Part shown: positions 54,180 to 63,207 of the stretch, piece after piece | Layout: the number at the start of each line of letters is the position of its first letter | Position numbering within the stretch: the stretch's first letter is position 1 | Notes under the pieces: generated by a model | The model's database searches: none | The model's input: only the letters and a program-made list of their open reading frames with translations | Told to the model about the DNA's origin: nothing | Program-made: the position numbers and the translations under genes | Assembly: GCA_017649855.1 (NCBI GenBank) | Contig: JAGCGA010000033.1 | Span: 1,016-65,015 of the forward strand | Direction of reading: 5' to 3' | Length of the DNA: 64,000 nucleotides | DNA from: Bacteroidales bacterium | GTDB lineage: Bacteria; Bacteroidota; Bacteroidia; Bacteroidales; WCHB1-69

Positions 54180-55550
54180 GTGCTGACGCATAACGCCATA
54201 GAATACACGCTACGACACCTCTTCCGTGTGGCACTACCCCACACGGAAGACTTCGTTTTAGGCTTCTCTGTTGAAGACCTCCTGCTGACCATCCACTTGC
54301 AGGACGGCTTCACCGTCTCCATCCCTTTGTTGGATGAGCAAGAGGAAGAGGCTTTTCTGAAAGGACAGTTGCCCGTCTCCGATCTGGAGTTGTGCGCCAA
54401 CCACACCAGCGAGGTGATCGTGTTCCGGCCAGCACATTATGAGTCTGACGAGCTGAAAGTTGAGGACAAGCATGTCAGCTTCTACTTTGACATCGTCACC
54501 CCCTCTTTTCTGCTGCTCTCTCGCAAAGAGGAGACCTTGACGGACGCGCGCGACCGTCACGGACGCTTTCGCTACCAGGACAGCCTATCCAGTAGCAGTC
54601 GGTACGGGCTCATCATGGTTCCCTTGGTGGACGAGTACGCGCTGATCCTACGGGAGAAGCTGCTGGAGGCCGGATTCCCCGCCCATCGTTTGAAGAAGAG
54701 GCAGGGACGGCTGATCCCCACCCACGACATCGACCATCTCATGCGCTTCACGGGCCAGTGGCAGGCCTTCAAGTCCATCTTCGGGCGCGACCTGCTGCTC
54801 GACCATAAGCTGCGGGTGGTCAAGCACTCGCTACGCGAGTACCGCGAATGGAAACAAGACCGCAGTCGGGACCCCTACATCACCGCCATCCAGGACCTGG
54901 TAGAAATGGAAAAAGGCCTGCCAGCCATCTTCTTCTTCATGGCACAGACGGCTGAAGACCAGGATGCTGCTTACGACATCAGAGCGAAGGAGACCGCCGC
55001 GGCCCTGCGTATGGTGAGCGATGCCGGCATGACGATCGGCCTGCATGGCAGCTACGACAGCTATGACGACGAGCAGTTGCTCAGCGCCCAGCGCCAGCGG
55101 CTGCAAGATGTCTCCGGGCAGCCTGTCACCTGCGGGCGGCAACACTACCTGCGCTTTGAGGCTGGCGCCAGCGGACGGCAACCCTCCCTGGAGGTCTGGC
55201 AAAAGAGCGGCATCACCGACGACTACTCGCTGGGCTACGCCGAGTACCCCGGCTTCCGCTGCGGCACCTGCCACCCCTACCCGCTCTACGATCTTCAAAA
55301 CGACAAAGCCACCACCTGCATCGAACACCCGCTCATCCTCATGGATGGCACTCTCTTCGACTATTTGCGCCTCAGCTTCCAAGACTGCAAGTCTATGATT
55401 CAGAAGCACTACAACAGCTGCATGGCCGTCGAGGGCGACTTCGTCATACTCTGGCACAACCACCTGCTGCGACGCATCTTTTACCCGCTCACCCAACATC
55501 TATACAAACCACTTATCCAACAACATCTTTCCAAAGCCAACAACCTATGA
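54180..55550 (+). CDS. polysaccharide-deacetylase-like hypothetical protein
   Basis: It has a GTG start, an IPTHDIDH motif and a GLHGSYDSY motif reminiscent of metal-dependent deacetylase folds. The family assignment is tentative. Confidence 0.35.
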   Translation: MLTHNAIEYTLRHLFRVALPHTEDFVLGFSVEDLLLTIHLQDGFTVSIPLLDEQEEEAFLKGQLPVSDLELCANHTSEVIVFRPAHYESDELKVEDKHVSFYFDIVTPSFLLLSRKEETLTDARDRHGRFRYQDSLSSSSRYGLIMVPLVDEYALILREKLLEAGFPAHRLKKRQGRLIPTHDIDHLMRFTGQWQAFKSIFGRDLLLDHKLRVVKHSLREYREWKQDRSRDPYITAIQDLVEMEKGLPAIFFFMAQTAEDQDAAYDIRAKETAAALRMVSDAGMTIGLHGSYDSYDDEQLLSAQRQRLQDVSGQPVTCGRQHYLRFEAGASGRQPSLEVWQKSGITDDYSLGYAEYPGFRCGTCHPYPLYDLQNDKATTCIEHPLILMDGTLFDYLRLSFQDCKSMIQKHYNSCMAVEGDFVILWHNHLLRRIFYPLTQHLYKPLIQQHLSKANNL

Positions 55551-56593
55551 CCCGCATTCTACATATCATCCATGCTCCCGACAGCCCTGACTGGGACCTT
55601 TTGAAAAATGCCTCTGCCAACGGAATGGAGCATCTTATCCTAGGAGCCCGAACTGAAGACACACCTGGCACATGCGATTGTCCTGGTGTAGTCATGGGGG
55701 ACATCCCCACCGCCGACATCCATCTGATCCACGCTCACAGCTGGATGGCCGACGGCTCAACGGCTTGGAAAATCCATCAAGAACAGGGCATACCCTACAT
55801 CCTCAGCTTATCCGAAGAGGACATCCAATATGCCCACGCACTCTCTCTGAGGCTGCATTCGGACCGGCTGCGCATCCTGCAGGATGCCAGCAAGGTCATC
55901 TTCCCTCACCCCCAGTTTTTTCACGCCTTCAACCAGGCCCTTTCCGACAGCCAAGCCGACCAGCTTTTCGGCAAGTCCTCCATCATCTGCCGCAGCATAC
56001 AACCGCTCTTCTTGCAGCAACTATACCTGCACAAGCCCGTGGCATTAGTCCACATCCGGCTTCTCTACATCGTGCAACATCCCGATTACGAAAGCGAGCT
56101 CTCACTCATCCACAAGGCCATGAAAGAGATTCAGCATCAGAACCTGAGCGTATCCCTGACGGTTGCCGCCAGCTCACTTTCCGCCAAAGAGCAAGACAAG
56201 ATCAAGCGCCAGGGTGTACAATGGGCGCCCTACACGACCGCCGAGGAACTGCTCGAGATATATCGTGCACACCACATAGTCCTGATGATCGGGGATCGGC
56301 TGCAGAGCACCTGCCGGTTTGCCGAGGCACTATCGCAGGGCATGCCGGTAATATACTCCCGTCACAGCTGTCTGGACGGCCTCATCGACAACCCAGAATG
56401 CCGAATTGAGAAAGATCACACCCATACGTTGGCAGAGAAGATCATCGAGATCAGCCAGCGATATGCCACTGCCATACACCATATCAGCGAACTGCACCCA
56501 TTGTTGAAATTCAATGGCCGCGAGATCGCACAGGAATATCACCGGCTCTATGCCATCTGTCACAGCCTGCATAACCATGACAGCAGGATATAA
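55547..56593 (+). CDS. glycosyltransferase-like protein (GT4-like, tentative)
   Basis: It overlaps the upstream gene by 4 nt. It has the size of a two-Rossmann-domain protein, and its C-terminal half contains an E..(A)LSQGMPVI-type segment. Confidence 0.35.
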   Translation: MTRILHIIHAPDSPDWDLLKNASANGMEHLILGARTEDTPGTCDCPGVVMGDIPTADIHLIHAHSWMADGSTAWKIHQEQGIPYILSLSEEDIQYAHALSLRLHSDRLRILQDASKVIFPHPQFFHAFNQALSDSQADQLFGKSSIICRSIQPLFLQQLYLHKPVALVHIRLLYIVQHPDYESELSLIHKAMKEIQHQNLSVSLTVAASSLSAKEQDKIKRQGVQWAPYTTAEELLEIYRAHHIVLMIGDRLQSTCRFAEALSQGMPVIYSRHSCLDGLIDNPECRIEKDHTHTLAEKIIEISQRYATAIHHISELHPLLKFNGREIAQEYHRLYAICHSLHNHDSRI

Positions 56594-56598
56594 GACCA

Positions 56599-56672
56599 TT
56601 GAAAATAAAAATTGAAAATTGGAAGAATAGAAACGGCTTTCTCAACCTCCAATTTTCAATTTCAATTCTGCA
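56599..56672. terminator. bidirectional hairpin terminator built from 7-nt words
   Basis: attgaaaattgga (56611-56623) pairs with tccaattttcaat (56648-56660). On the minus strand the stem is followed by TTTTTATTTT. It lies between convergent genes. Confidence 0.6.
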
Positions 56673-56685
56673 TCTTCAACTATGG

Positions 56686-58182
56686 CTACCGGGCGTTTCG
56701 CTTATACAGGTCAAACACCGTCTTCACCGGATTGAAGGTCTCGATCGGCACTTCCACGAAGATGGTGATCCAGTCACTCATGGCTCCGTTCCATAGGCCT
56801 GGCAACTCCATAGCCTTCAAGTCACGGCCGTTGAACGACTTGCTGGAGATGAATCCAGTCTCAGGGTCCACATAATCGAGCAAATTGAACTTCTGGCCTT
56901 TATAGTCCTTGATGGCACACACCAGATCCACGGGATTGAAGTGGGTGGCGTGCTCCAGGATATTGCGTTGTTCATCATTGGCCTTGTCGATTTGGGAAGA
57001 CTCCACAATCTGCAAAGAGCAGGCGCCCTCCTTGTCTTCCACCCAGAAGGGGCCACCGCCAGGTTCGCCCTCATTCTTCACCATGCCGCAAATGCGCAAT
57101 GGACGGTTGAACTTATCGTAGAGGCTCTCCAGCGAGCAATCATCTTCCAAGGAGATCTGCAGCTCAGACTCGGCAAAATCCATCATCTCGCACAACAGCA
57201 TCTCATCCACATCCCCCTTCTCTATCCGCTTTAGATAACTAAAGATACGTTGTTGTAACTGAACCAGATAACCAGCCAGAACTTTCTTATATCGGATGGT
57301 CGGAGCGATACGGTCTTCCGTGATGACATTGTCGATATTCTTCACAAAAACGACATCGGCATCCATCTTATTCAGGTTATGGATGAGAGCGCCATGACCG
57401 GCAGGACGGAAGAGCAGATGTCCTTGGTCGTCGCGGAACGGCGTGTTATCCGGATTGGCGGCGATGGTGTCGGTGGCAGGGTCCTGGACAGAGAAGGTGA
57501 TGTGATAGGTCACCCCGTAACGCTTTTCATATTTCGGGACCACCGCGCGGACGAGTTGCTCGAAGCCCTCCTTATGAGAGGGTGAGATGGTGAAATGGAG
57601 CTGGCATTGGCCACCATTGTTGGCATACAGCGCCGCCTCAACCAAATGCTCCTCCAAGGAAGTGCGAATCTCCTGCTCGTACCGATGGAATCTCAGCATA
57701 CCTTTCGGCTTGTTACCATAATCGAGCCCTTCTTCCAAGAGCAGGTAACGGATAATGGTGCGGTAGTCACCCTGCTGGCGCACCTGTTCCAAATCAAGAC
57801 CCGCCTTCTTCATTACCTCCGTCAAATCCTCATAGAAGGGATAGACCGGCAAATCTCGCAAAAAGGTCTCAGCCTTCGGGCGCAAGGACTCCGGATCATC
57901 CGTCAGGATGGCAAAGAGGTCCTTGAACATGCGGGTGGCCGCACCCGAAGCGGGCACGAACTTGAGCAATTGGAGACCGCTGGTGGCCGCTTCGTAGTCC
58001 GCCTCGATTTCTTCCACCACGTCTGGGGAAAGGCGTACAATGCCATCATCAATGACGGCAGCCCGGTTCAGATGGGCAAACGGAAAACCCTGGGCGAAAC
58101 GCGCCAGCTGCTGTTCAACAACAGAGACATCACATCCATGATGCTTGATCATTTCTTGATCTTGAATTGAAAACTGTTCCAT
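56686..58182 (-). CDS. conserved Bacteroidota protein, DUF4301-like (family name from memory, unverified)
   Basis: This 498-aa ORF has clean coding statistics. The PASGAATRMFK loop is reminiscent of nucleotidyltransferase P-loops. Confidence 0.4.
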   Translation of the reverse strand: MEQFSIQDQEMIKHHGCDVSVVEQQLARFAQGFPFAHLNRAAVIDDGIVRLSPDVVEEIEADYEAATSGLQLLKFVPASGAATRMFKDLFAILTDDPESLRPKAETFLRDLPVYPFYEDLTEVMKKAGLDLEQVRQQGDYRTIIRYLLLEEGLDYGNKPKGMLRFHRYEQEIRTSLEEHLVEAALYANNGGQCQLHFTISPSHKEGFEQLVRAVVPKYEKRYGVTYHITFSVQDPATDTIAANPDNTPFRDDQGHLLFRPAGHGALIHNLNKMDADVVFVKNIDNVITEDRIAPTIRYKKVLAGYLVQLQQRIFSYLKRIEKGDVDEMLLCEMMDFAESELQISLEDDCSLESLYDKFNRPLRICGMVKNEGEPGGGPFWVEDKEGACSLQIVESSQIDKANDEQRNILEHATHFNPVDLVCAIKDYKGQKFNLLDYVDPETGFISSKSFNGRDLKAMELPGLWNGAMSDWITIFVEVPIETFNPVKTVFDLYKRNAR

Positions 58183-58203
58183 ATCGGCATTATTTTTTAT
58201 GTT

Positions 58204-58965
58204 TTACTCTACAATCAACGAAGCTTCCGCTTTCCGCTTCGACTTCTTGCCTCTCTTTTTGGCTTTGGAATCATGACTCTTTGAATCCAGGTCCATGCCT
58301 CCAAAGATTTTGTCCAAGGCGGACAAATGCAGTGACACATCAAACCAGATGTCCACCGTGTCGTCCGGAGACGCTTCGTCAAAGACGGTCATCACATCGC
58401 AATTCCCAACGAGGGACTGCTGGCGGAGGTTGAGTCCGAGAATCGCATAGATGATAAAATACTCATCAGAGATATCCACCACCTTATAGGCGGTTTTCTG
58501 TTCACGCCCGTCGCCCGAGGCCAGGATCACGCTCAGGACCTGATTGAGCCGCGTCTCATAAAGACTGTTGTCCTGTCCGAGGTTCTTCGCGAAGAGCCAA
58601 GCGTCGAAAAGCAGGTCTATGGAGCAGGGAGACTTCCCCAACTCTTTCAGGCACAGCGCCATGGCATTTTCATAATCCTCCTTTTTCTTCAACTCCACCA
58701 AAGCTTGGGATGCGCCCGTATAGGTATATTCCGTCGAAAAGAAGCTGCCGTAATAAAGGGTTGCCAGCTCCTCAATGGTCAAGGAGGAATCGCCAGATTC
58801 AAACCGGAGAATCATGGTTTTGAACTGTTCCGGCTGCGACTGGACGAACTTTTCAATCTTGTCATAATCCACCTTCAAGGGCTTGTCTCCCATCTGGGCT
58901 TTCAAGGGGATATAAAGCGCGCAGGTGAGCAGCACAAGGAAAAACAAACGGAGGGTCTTTTTCAT
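58204..58965 (-). CDS. secreted hypothetical protein
   Basis: It has the signal peptide MKKTLRLFFLVLLTCALYIPLKAQ and a basic C-terminal tail. Confidence 0.45.
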   Translation of the reverse strand: MKKTLRLFFLVLLTCALYIPLKAQMGDKPLKVDYDKIEKFVQSQPEQFKTMILRFESGDSSLTIEELATLYYGSFFSTEYTYTGASQALVELKKKEDYENAMALCLKELGKSPCSIDLLFDAWLFAKNLGQDNSLYETRLNQVLSVILASGDGREQKTAYKVVDISDEYFIIYAILGLNLRQQSLVGNCDVMTVFDEASPDDTVDIWFDVSLHLSALDKIFGGMDLDSKSHDSKAKKRGKKSKRKAEASLIVE

Positions 58966-59010
58966 ATATCCAAGGTTTAGAATGATGATGCAAAACTAAA
59001 AAATAACAGG

Positions 59011-59478
59011 TCACACCGCACCCAACTCCGGTATCTTTTTGGCCAGGAATTGCAGAAAACCGTCGCAGCCCTCCTGCACATCGTCCCAGGTAGCCTCGAA
59101 GACGCGGGTGTACCAAGGGTCGGCCACATCGCGGGGCGTGTCGGTATAGTCCATCAGCAGGGAGATCTTGTGGTCTCTGTCGGGTCCGAACATGCGCTGG
59201 AGATTCCGCAGGTTGTTCTGATCCATGGCGATGATGAAATCGTAATGCTGATAGTCTTGGGTCGTCATCTGCCGAGCCGTCTTGCCAGCGCATGAGATAC
59301 CATGCTCCTGCAGAAGACGCCGTACGGGCGGATAGACAGGATTGCCAATCTCCTCACGGCTGGTAGCGGCGGAGGCAATCTCAAAACGGGCAGCAAGGCC
59401 CCGCTCCGAGACTTTCTGTTTCAGCACGAACTCAGCCATAGGGCTCCGGCAAATGTTGCCATGACAGATAAAAAGCAC
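59011..59478 (-). CDS. low-molecular-weight protein-tyrosine phosphatase
   Basis: It has the P-loop CHGNICRSPMAE and the DP loop (RDVADPWY). The start is placed at the GTG at 59478 (VLFICHGN...) because a -7 box at 59504-59497 lies inside the ORF called in the track. The ORF is open up to 59562. Confidence 0.8.
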   Translation of the reverse strand: MLFICHGNICRSPMAEFVLKQKVSERGLAARFEIASAATSREEIGNPVYPPVRRLLQEHGISCAGKTARQMTTQDYQHYDFIIAMDQNNLRNLQRMFGPDRDHKISLLMDYTDTPRDVADPWYTRVFEATWDDVQEGCDGFLQFLAKKIPELGAV

Positions 59479-59496
59479 TTTGATGATATACGCTGG

Positions 59497-59504
59497 CAAA
59501 GATA
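59497..59504 (-). promoter_or_regulatory. -7 promoter box TATCTTTG for the phosphatase gene
   Basis: The minus strand reads TATCTTTG. It is back-to-back with the plus-strand box at 59552-59559. Confidence 0.4.
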
Positions 59505-59551
59505 CATAATTTGGAAATACAAACAGATGTTTCAGATTGGGGAATATTATG

Positions 59552-59559
59552 TATCTTTG
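59552..59559 (+). promoter_or_regulatory. -7 promoter box TATCTTTG for the kal-kce pair
   Basis: It lies about 47 nt upstream of the ATG at 59606. Confidence 0.45.
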
Positions 59560-59605
59560 CACCGCGTTTTTGCGAATTAATGTTTAACCCCTAAATAGAA
59601 ACATA

Positions 59606-60004
59606 ATGGAAGAGAAAAAAACATCCATGATCCGATTGAGAATGAGCTCTCAAGACGCTCATTATGGTGGTAACTTAGTAGATGGCGCCCACATGCTGGC
59701 CTTGTTTGGCGATGTGGCTACCGAATTGCTCATCATGCAAGATGGCGACGAGGGTCTGTTCTGCGCCTACGACAATGTGGAATTCCTGGCACCGGTTTAT
59801 GCCGGCGACTATATCGAGGCTGTCGGTGAGATCACCAAGGTGGGCAACACCTCCCGCAAGATGGTCTTTGAGGCCCGCAAGGTCATCGCCCCGCGTCCTG
59901 ACATCAGCGCTTCTGCCGCCGACGTGCTCCCCGAGCCTATCGTCGTCTGCCGCGCCTCCGGCACCTGCGTGGTCCCCAAACAATGCCAAAGAAAAAATGT
60001 TTAA
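59606..60004 (+). CDS. kal: hotdog-fold protein, 3-aminobutyryl-CoA ammonia-lyase (Kal)-like
   Basis: It has the size of a 132-aa hotdog-fold protein. The segment [23 protein letters not shown] and its adjacency to a Kce-type gene fit the lysine-fermentation kal. Confidence 0.5.
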   Translation: MEEKKTSMIRLRMSSQDAHYGGNLVDGAHMLALFGDVATELLIMQDGDEGLFCAYDNVEFLAPVYAGDYIEAVGEITKVGNTSRKMVFEARKVIAPRPDISASAADVLPEPIVVCRASGTCVVPKQCQRKNV

Positions 60005-60117
60005 TTGTTTAACTGTTTAATTGTTTAAGCATAAATTGCTTTATTATACAGAGAATATTCAGCACCGAACAATAACATTTTCAACATTTCATCAATTCAA
60101 CAATTCAACTATTAACA
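60001..60117. repeat. AT-rich 7-nt word arrays (taattgt ttaactg tttaatt gtttaag ... ttcaaca tttcatc aattcaa caattca actatta)
   Basis: Read directly between kal and kce. Confidence 0.6.
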
Positions 60118-60948
60118 ATGGATAAACTGATCATTACCGCCGCTATTTGCGGTGCGGAAGTAACGAAAGAACAGAACCCCGCCGTGCCTTACACGGTGGA
60201 AGAGATTGTCAAAGAGGCCAAGTCGGCAGTCGATGCCGGAGCTGCCATCGTGCACCTGCACGTACGTGAAGACGACGGCACGCCGACTCAGAGTCGCGAT
60301 CGCTTCCAAGAGTGCGAGGAGGCCATCTACAAGGCATGTCCCAACGTCATCCTGATCCCGTCCACGGGTGGTGCTGTGGGCATGACTCCCGACGAACGTC
60401 TGCAGTCCACCGACACCACTCCCATCCCGGAGATGGCCACCTTGGACTGTGGTACCTGCAACTTCGGGGATGAGATCTTCGACAACACCATGCCGACGAT
60501 GCGCGCCTTTGGCAAACGCATGATCGAACGTGGCATCAAGCCCGAGTACGAGTGCTTTGAGATGGGCCATCTGGACACCATCCTGACAATGGCTCGCAAG
60601 GGTGAGGTGCCCGGCACGCCCATGCAGTTCAACTTCGTCTTAGGCGTTCCCGGCTGCACGCCTGCCACGGTGCCCAACCTCTGCTGGCTTGTCCAGAACA
60701 TCCCGGCAGGCTCCACCTGGACCTGCACCGGCATCGGCCGCCACGCCTTCACCCTCGCCGCTCCCACCATCGTGATGGGCGGCAACGTGCGCGTGGGCTT
60801 TGAAGACAACCTCTACCTCGAAAGAGGCGTCCTCGCCAAGTCCAACGGCGAACTCGTGGACAAGGTCGTCCGCATGGCCAAGCTGCTCGGCCGCCAGGTG
60901 GCCACCTCCGACGAAGCCCGCGAGATCCTCGGCCTCGCCAAGAGATAG
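60118..60948 (+). CDS. kce: 3-keto-5-aminohexanoate cleavage enzyme (BKACE/DUF849 family)
   Basis: The N-terminus LIITAAICGAEVTKEQNPAVPYTVEEI, the segment IVHLHVRED and the 276-aa size are typical of Kce. Confidence 0.75.
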   Translation: MDKLIITAAICGAEVTKEQNPAVPYTVEEIVKEAKSAVDAGAAIVHLHVREDDGTPTQSRDRFQECEEAIYKACPNVILIPSTGGAVGMTPDERLQSTDTTPIPEMATLDCGTCNFGDEIFDNTMPTMRAFGKRMIERGIKPEYECFEMGHLDTILTMARKGEVPGTPMQFNFVLGVPGCTPATVPNLCWLVQNIPAGSTWTCTGIGRHAFTLAAPTIVMGGNVRVGFEDNLYLERGVLAKSNGELVDKVVRMAKLLGRQVATSDEAREILGLAKR

Positions 60949-60964
60949 TCTGTCAATCAGGCAA

Positions 60965-60998
60965 CAAAAAAAAGGACGCTGCACAGCGTCCTTTTTTG
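60965..60998. terminator. bidirectional rho-independent terminator
   Basis: caaaaaaaaggacgctgcacagcgtccttttttg is a GC stem flanked by an A-run and a T-run. It lies between convergent kce and the NhaD-like gene. Confidence 0.8.
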
Positions 60999-61022
60999 TT
61001 ATGATCACTTTCGGCGGACAGG

Positions 61023-62432
61023 CTAGAATGCCATCGGCATGGCAGCCATGGCTGTCACCGCATGCGTGGCGGAAACACCTATCATGATAAAGAGCTTGTC
61101 CAACAGGATATAACAGCCGATGCCGGCCAGATAGCCCAGCAAGGCATACGGAGTGATGTGTTTCAGATACCAGATGAAGTCGATCTTCTCCATACCCATC
61201 ACCGCCACGCCGGCAGCGGAACCGATGATGAGCAGGCTGCCACCCGTACCCGCACAGTAGGCCAGGAAGACCCAGAAGAGGTGATCCATCGGGAAGGTGT
61301 ACATACCCATGGCACCTGCCACCAACGGCACATTGTCGATGATGGAGGACAAGATACCAATCACGGAGTCGATCAGATAGAAGTTGCCATGGAAGACATT
61401 GTCGAGGCTGGCGGCCAGCATGGAGAGATGACCTGCACTCTGCAATCCGGCCACGGCCAACAGGATACCCAGGAAGAAGAGAATGCTGGGGATGTCAATA
61501 CGGGTGAGCACCCCGGAGATCGTGAACTTGCGCATCTCCTCCTGGCTGGTCTTGTGCAGGATCTCCGTCACAATCCAGAGGATGGAAAGGCCCAACATAA
61601 TGCCCATATAAGGCTTCAGGTGGGTAAGGATCTTGAAGATCGGGACGAAGACCAAAGCGGCGATACCCATGAAGAAGATCAAGTTGCGCTGCCAGGTCGG
61701 GATGCTGTTGTTCACCTCCTGTTTCGGACGCTGGGAGGCATCGATCTCGCCACGCTCCACGAAGGAGACCACGATGAGCGGGATAATCATGGAGACGAGA
61801 CTCGGGATGAGGCAATGCAGCATCACGGCACCCGTGGAGACACGGCCTGCAATCCAGAGCATGATGGTGGTCACATCGCCAATGGGGCTCCACGCGCCAC
61901 CCGCATTCGCTGCCAAAATCACCATACCACCGAAGAACCAGCGGTCGTGCTTGTCGGGCAACAGTTTACGGAGCAAGGCTACCATCACGATAGCCGTGGT
62001 CAAGTTGTCCAAAATGGCAGAGAAGAAGAAGGTGATAAAACTCAAGATCCAAAGCAGCTTTACCTTGTTTGTGGTCTTGATATTGTCAGTAATGATGTTG
62101 AATCCTCCATATGTGTCGATCAGCTCCACCACCGTCATGGCACCCATCAGGTAGAAGAGGATCTCCGCGATGTCGCCCAAATGCTCAATCAGCTCATGGG
62201 TGGTGATGAAATCGATAAAGGGATGCACCGAGTCGGGATGTGCCACCTTGAAGGCCTCATAGCCCGCGCCAAAGCCGGCAGTCTCATAGATTCCCGGACC
62301 GGTCAGCACATAGACCGTCCAAATGAGCACGCCCGTCAGCAAAGCAAAAGCGGTCTTGTTGATTTTCAATGGATGTTCAAAAGCTATACAAAGATAGCCG
62401 ATTACAAAAATGACAATCATCAAGTAAAACAT
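61023..62432 (-). CDS. nhaD: NhaD/ArsB-superfamily Na+/H+ antiporter-like transporter
   Basis: It is a 469-aa polytopic membrane protein. The N-terminus IGYLCIAFEHPLKINKTAFALLTG is typical of NhaD-type antiporters. Confidence 0.65.
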   Translation of the reverse strand: MFYLMIVIFVIGYLCIAFEHPLKINKTAFALLTGVLIWTVYVLTGPGIYETAGFGAGYEAFKVAHPDSVHPFIDFITTHELIEHLGDIAEILFYLMGAMTVVELIDTYGGFNIITDNIKTTNKVKLLWILSFITFFFSAILDNLTTAIVMVALLRKLLPDKHDRWFFGGMVILAANAGGAWSPIGDVTTIMLWIAGRVSTGAVMLHCLIPSLVSMIIPLIVVSFVERGEIDASQRPKQEVNNSIPTWQRNLIFFMGIAALVFVPIFKILTHLKPYMGIMLGLSILWIVTEILHKTSQEEMRKFTISGVLTRIDIPSILFFLGILLAVAGLQSAGHLSMLAASLDNVFHGNFYLIDSVIGILSSIIDNVPLVAGAMGMYTFPMDHLFWVFLAYCAGTGGSLLIIGSAAGVAVMGMEKIDFIWYLKHITPYALLGYLAGIGCYILLDKLFIMIGVSATHAVTAMAAMPMAF

Positions 62433-62455
62433 ATCTGCAGAATTTTAGATTTCAC

Positions 62456-63184
62456 TTAGAAAATACTCAACGAGATGCCCACAGACATTGGATGAATCTT
62501 GGGACCTTTGCCAGCTTCAAAGAGCGGCGTCACTTGGAAACTGTAATAGAGATCCACAAACTTCCAGCCGATACGGGTATAGAAGTCTACATTGTACTTA
62601 AGCTTGTGCTCCATGCGCAGATTCTTGACCATGATAGTGTCAGATGCGGTGGTGTAATCCTGACCTTTGTATTTCTGGGAGACCTCGGCGACAAGGCCGA
62701 CACGCGCACCAATGCTGAACTTGAACCCGTTCTCATGACGATACCGGAACTCCAAGGGGATATTGACACTCAAATAATTCATCTTCAGCAAGTTGTACTC
62801 CACCGTAGAGGGCAGTATGTTATACTTCATCAAGCCGCTCTCCTTATCGTACAACAACAAGGCATTGCTGAACTGGGTATGATAGGTCACGCCCACGCCC
62901 AAACCGAATGCCAAGGGTTTGTCTTTGATTTTGAAGTCCCACATGGCAGAGATATTGAAGCCGGGATCGAACTTCTTATAGTTCACCTGTGAGGGCATAC
63001 CCATCCAGAAAGAATGGAAGATATCCATCACCAGCCGGTCTCTGAAAACCACCGGTTTCGCCTCGGCATCTTTGCTTGAAGTATAGGGAGTCACATCGTT
63101 CTGGGCACTCAGACTTTGGAATCCGAGGAACGCCATCATAGCCAATAAAAAAAGCTTTTTGTACATCGTTTTACTATTCGTCAA
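62456..63184 (-). CDS. small outer-membrane beta-barrel protein
   Basis: It has a signal peptide (LSAQ), an alternating amphipathic strand pattern, and ends in ...GISLSIF (terminal aromatic residue). Confidence 0.5.
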   Translation of the reverse strand: MTNSKTMYKKLFLLAMMAFLGFQSLSAQNDVTPYTSSKDAEAKPVVFRDRLVMDIFHSFWMGMPSQVNYKKFDPGFNISAMWDFKIKDKPLAFGLGVGVTYHTQFSNALLLYDKESGLMKYNILPSTVEYNLLKMNYLSVNIPLEFRYRHENGFKFSIGARVGLVAEVSQKYKGQDYTTASDTIMVKNLRMEHKLKYNVDFYTRIGWKFVDLYYSFQVTPLFEAGKGPKIHPMSVGISLSIF

Positions 63185-63207
63185 TGAAGTTGCAAAAATA
63201 CAAAAAA

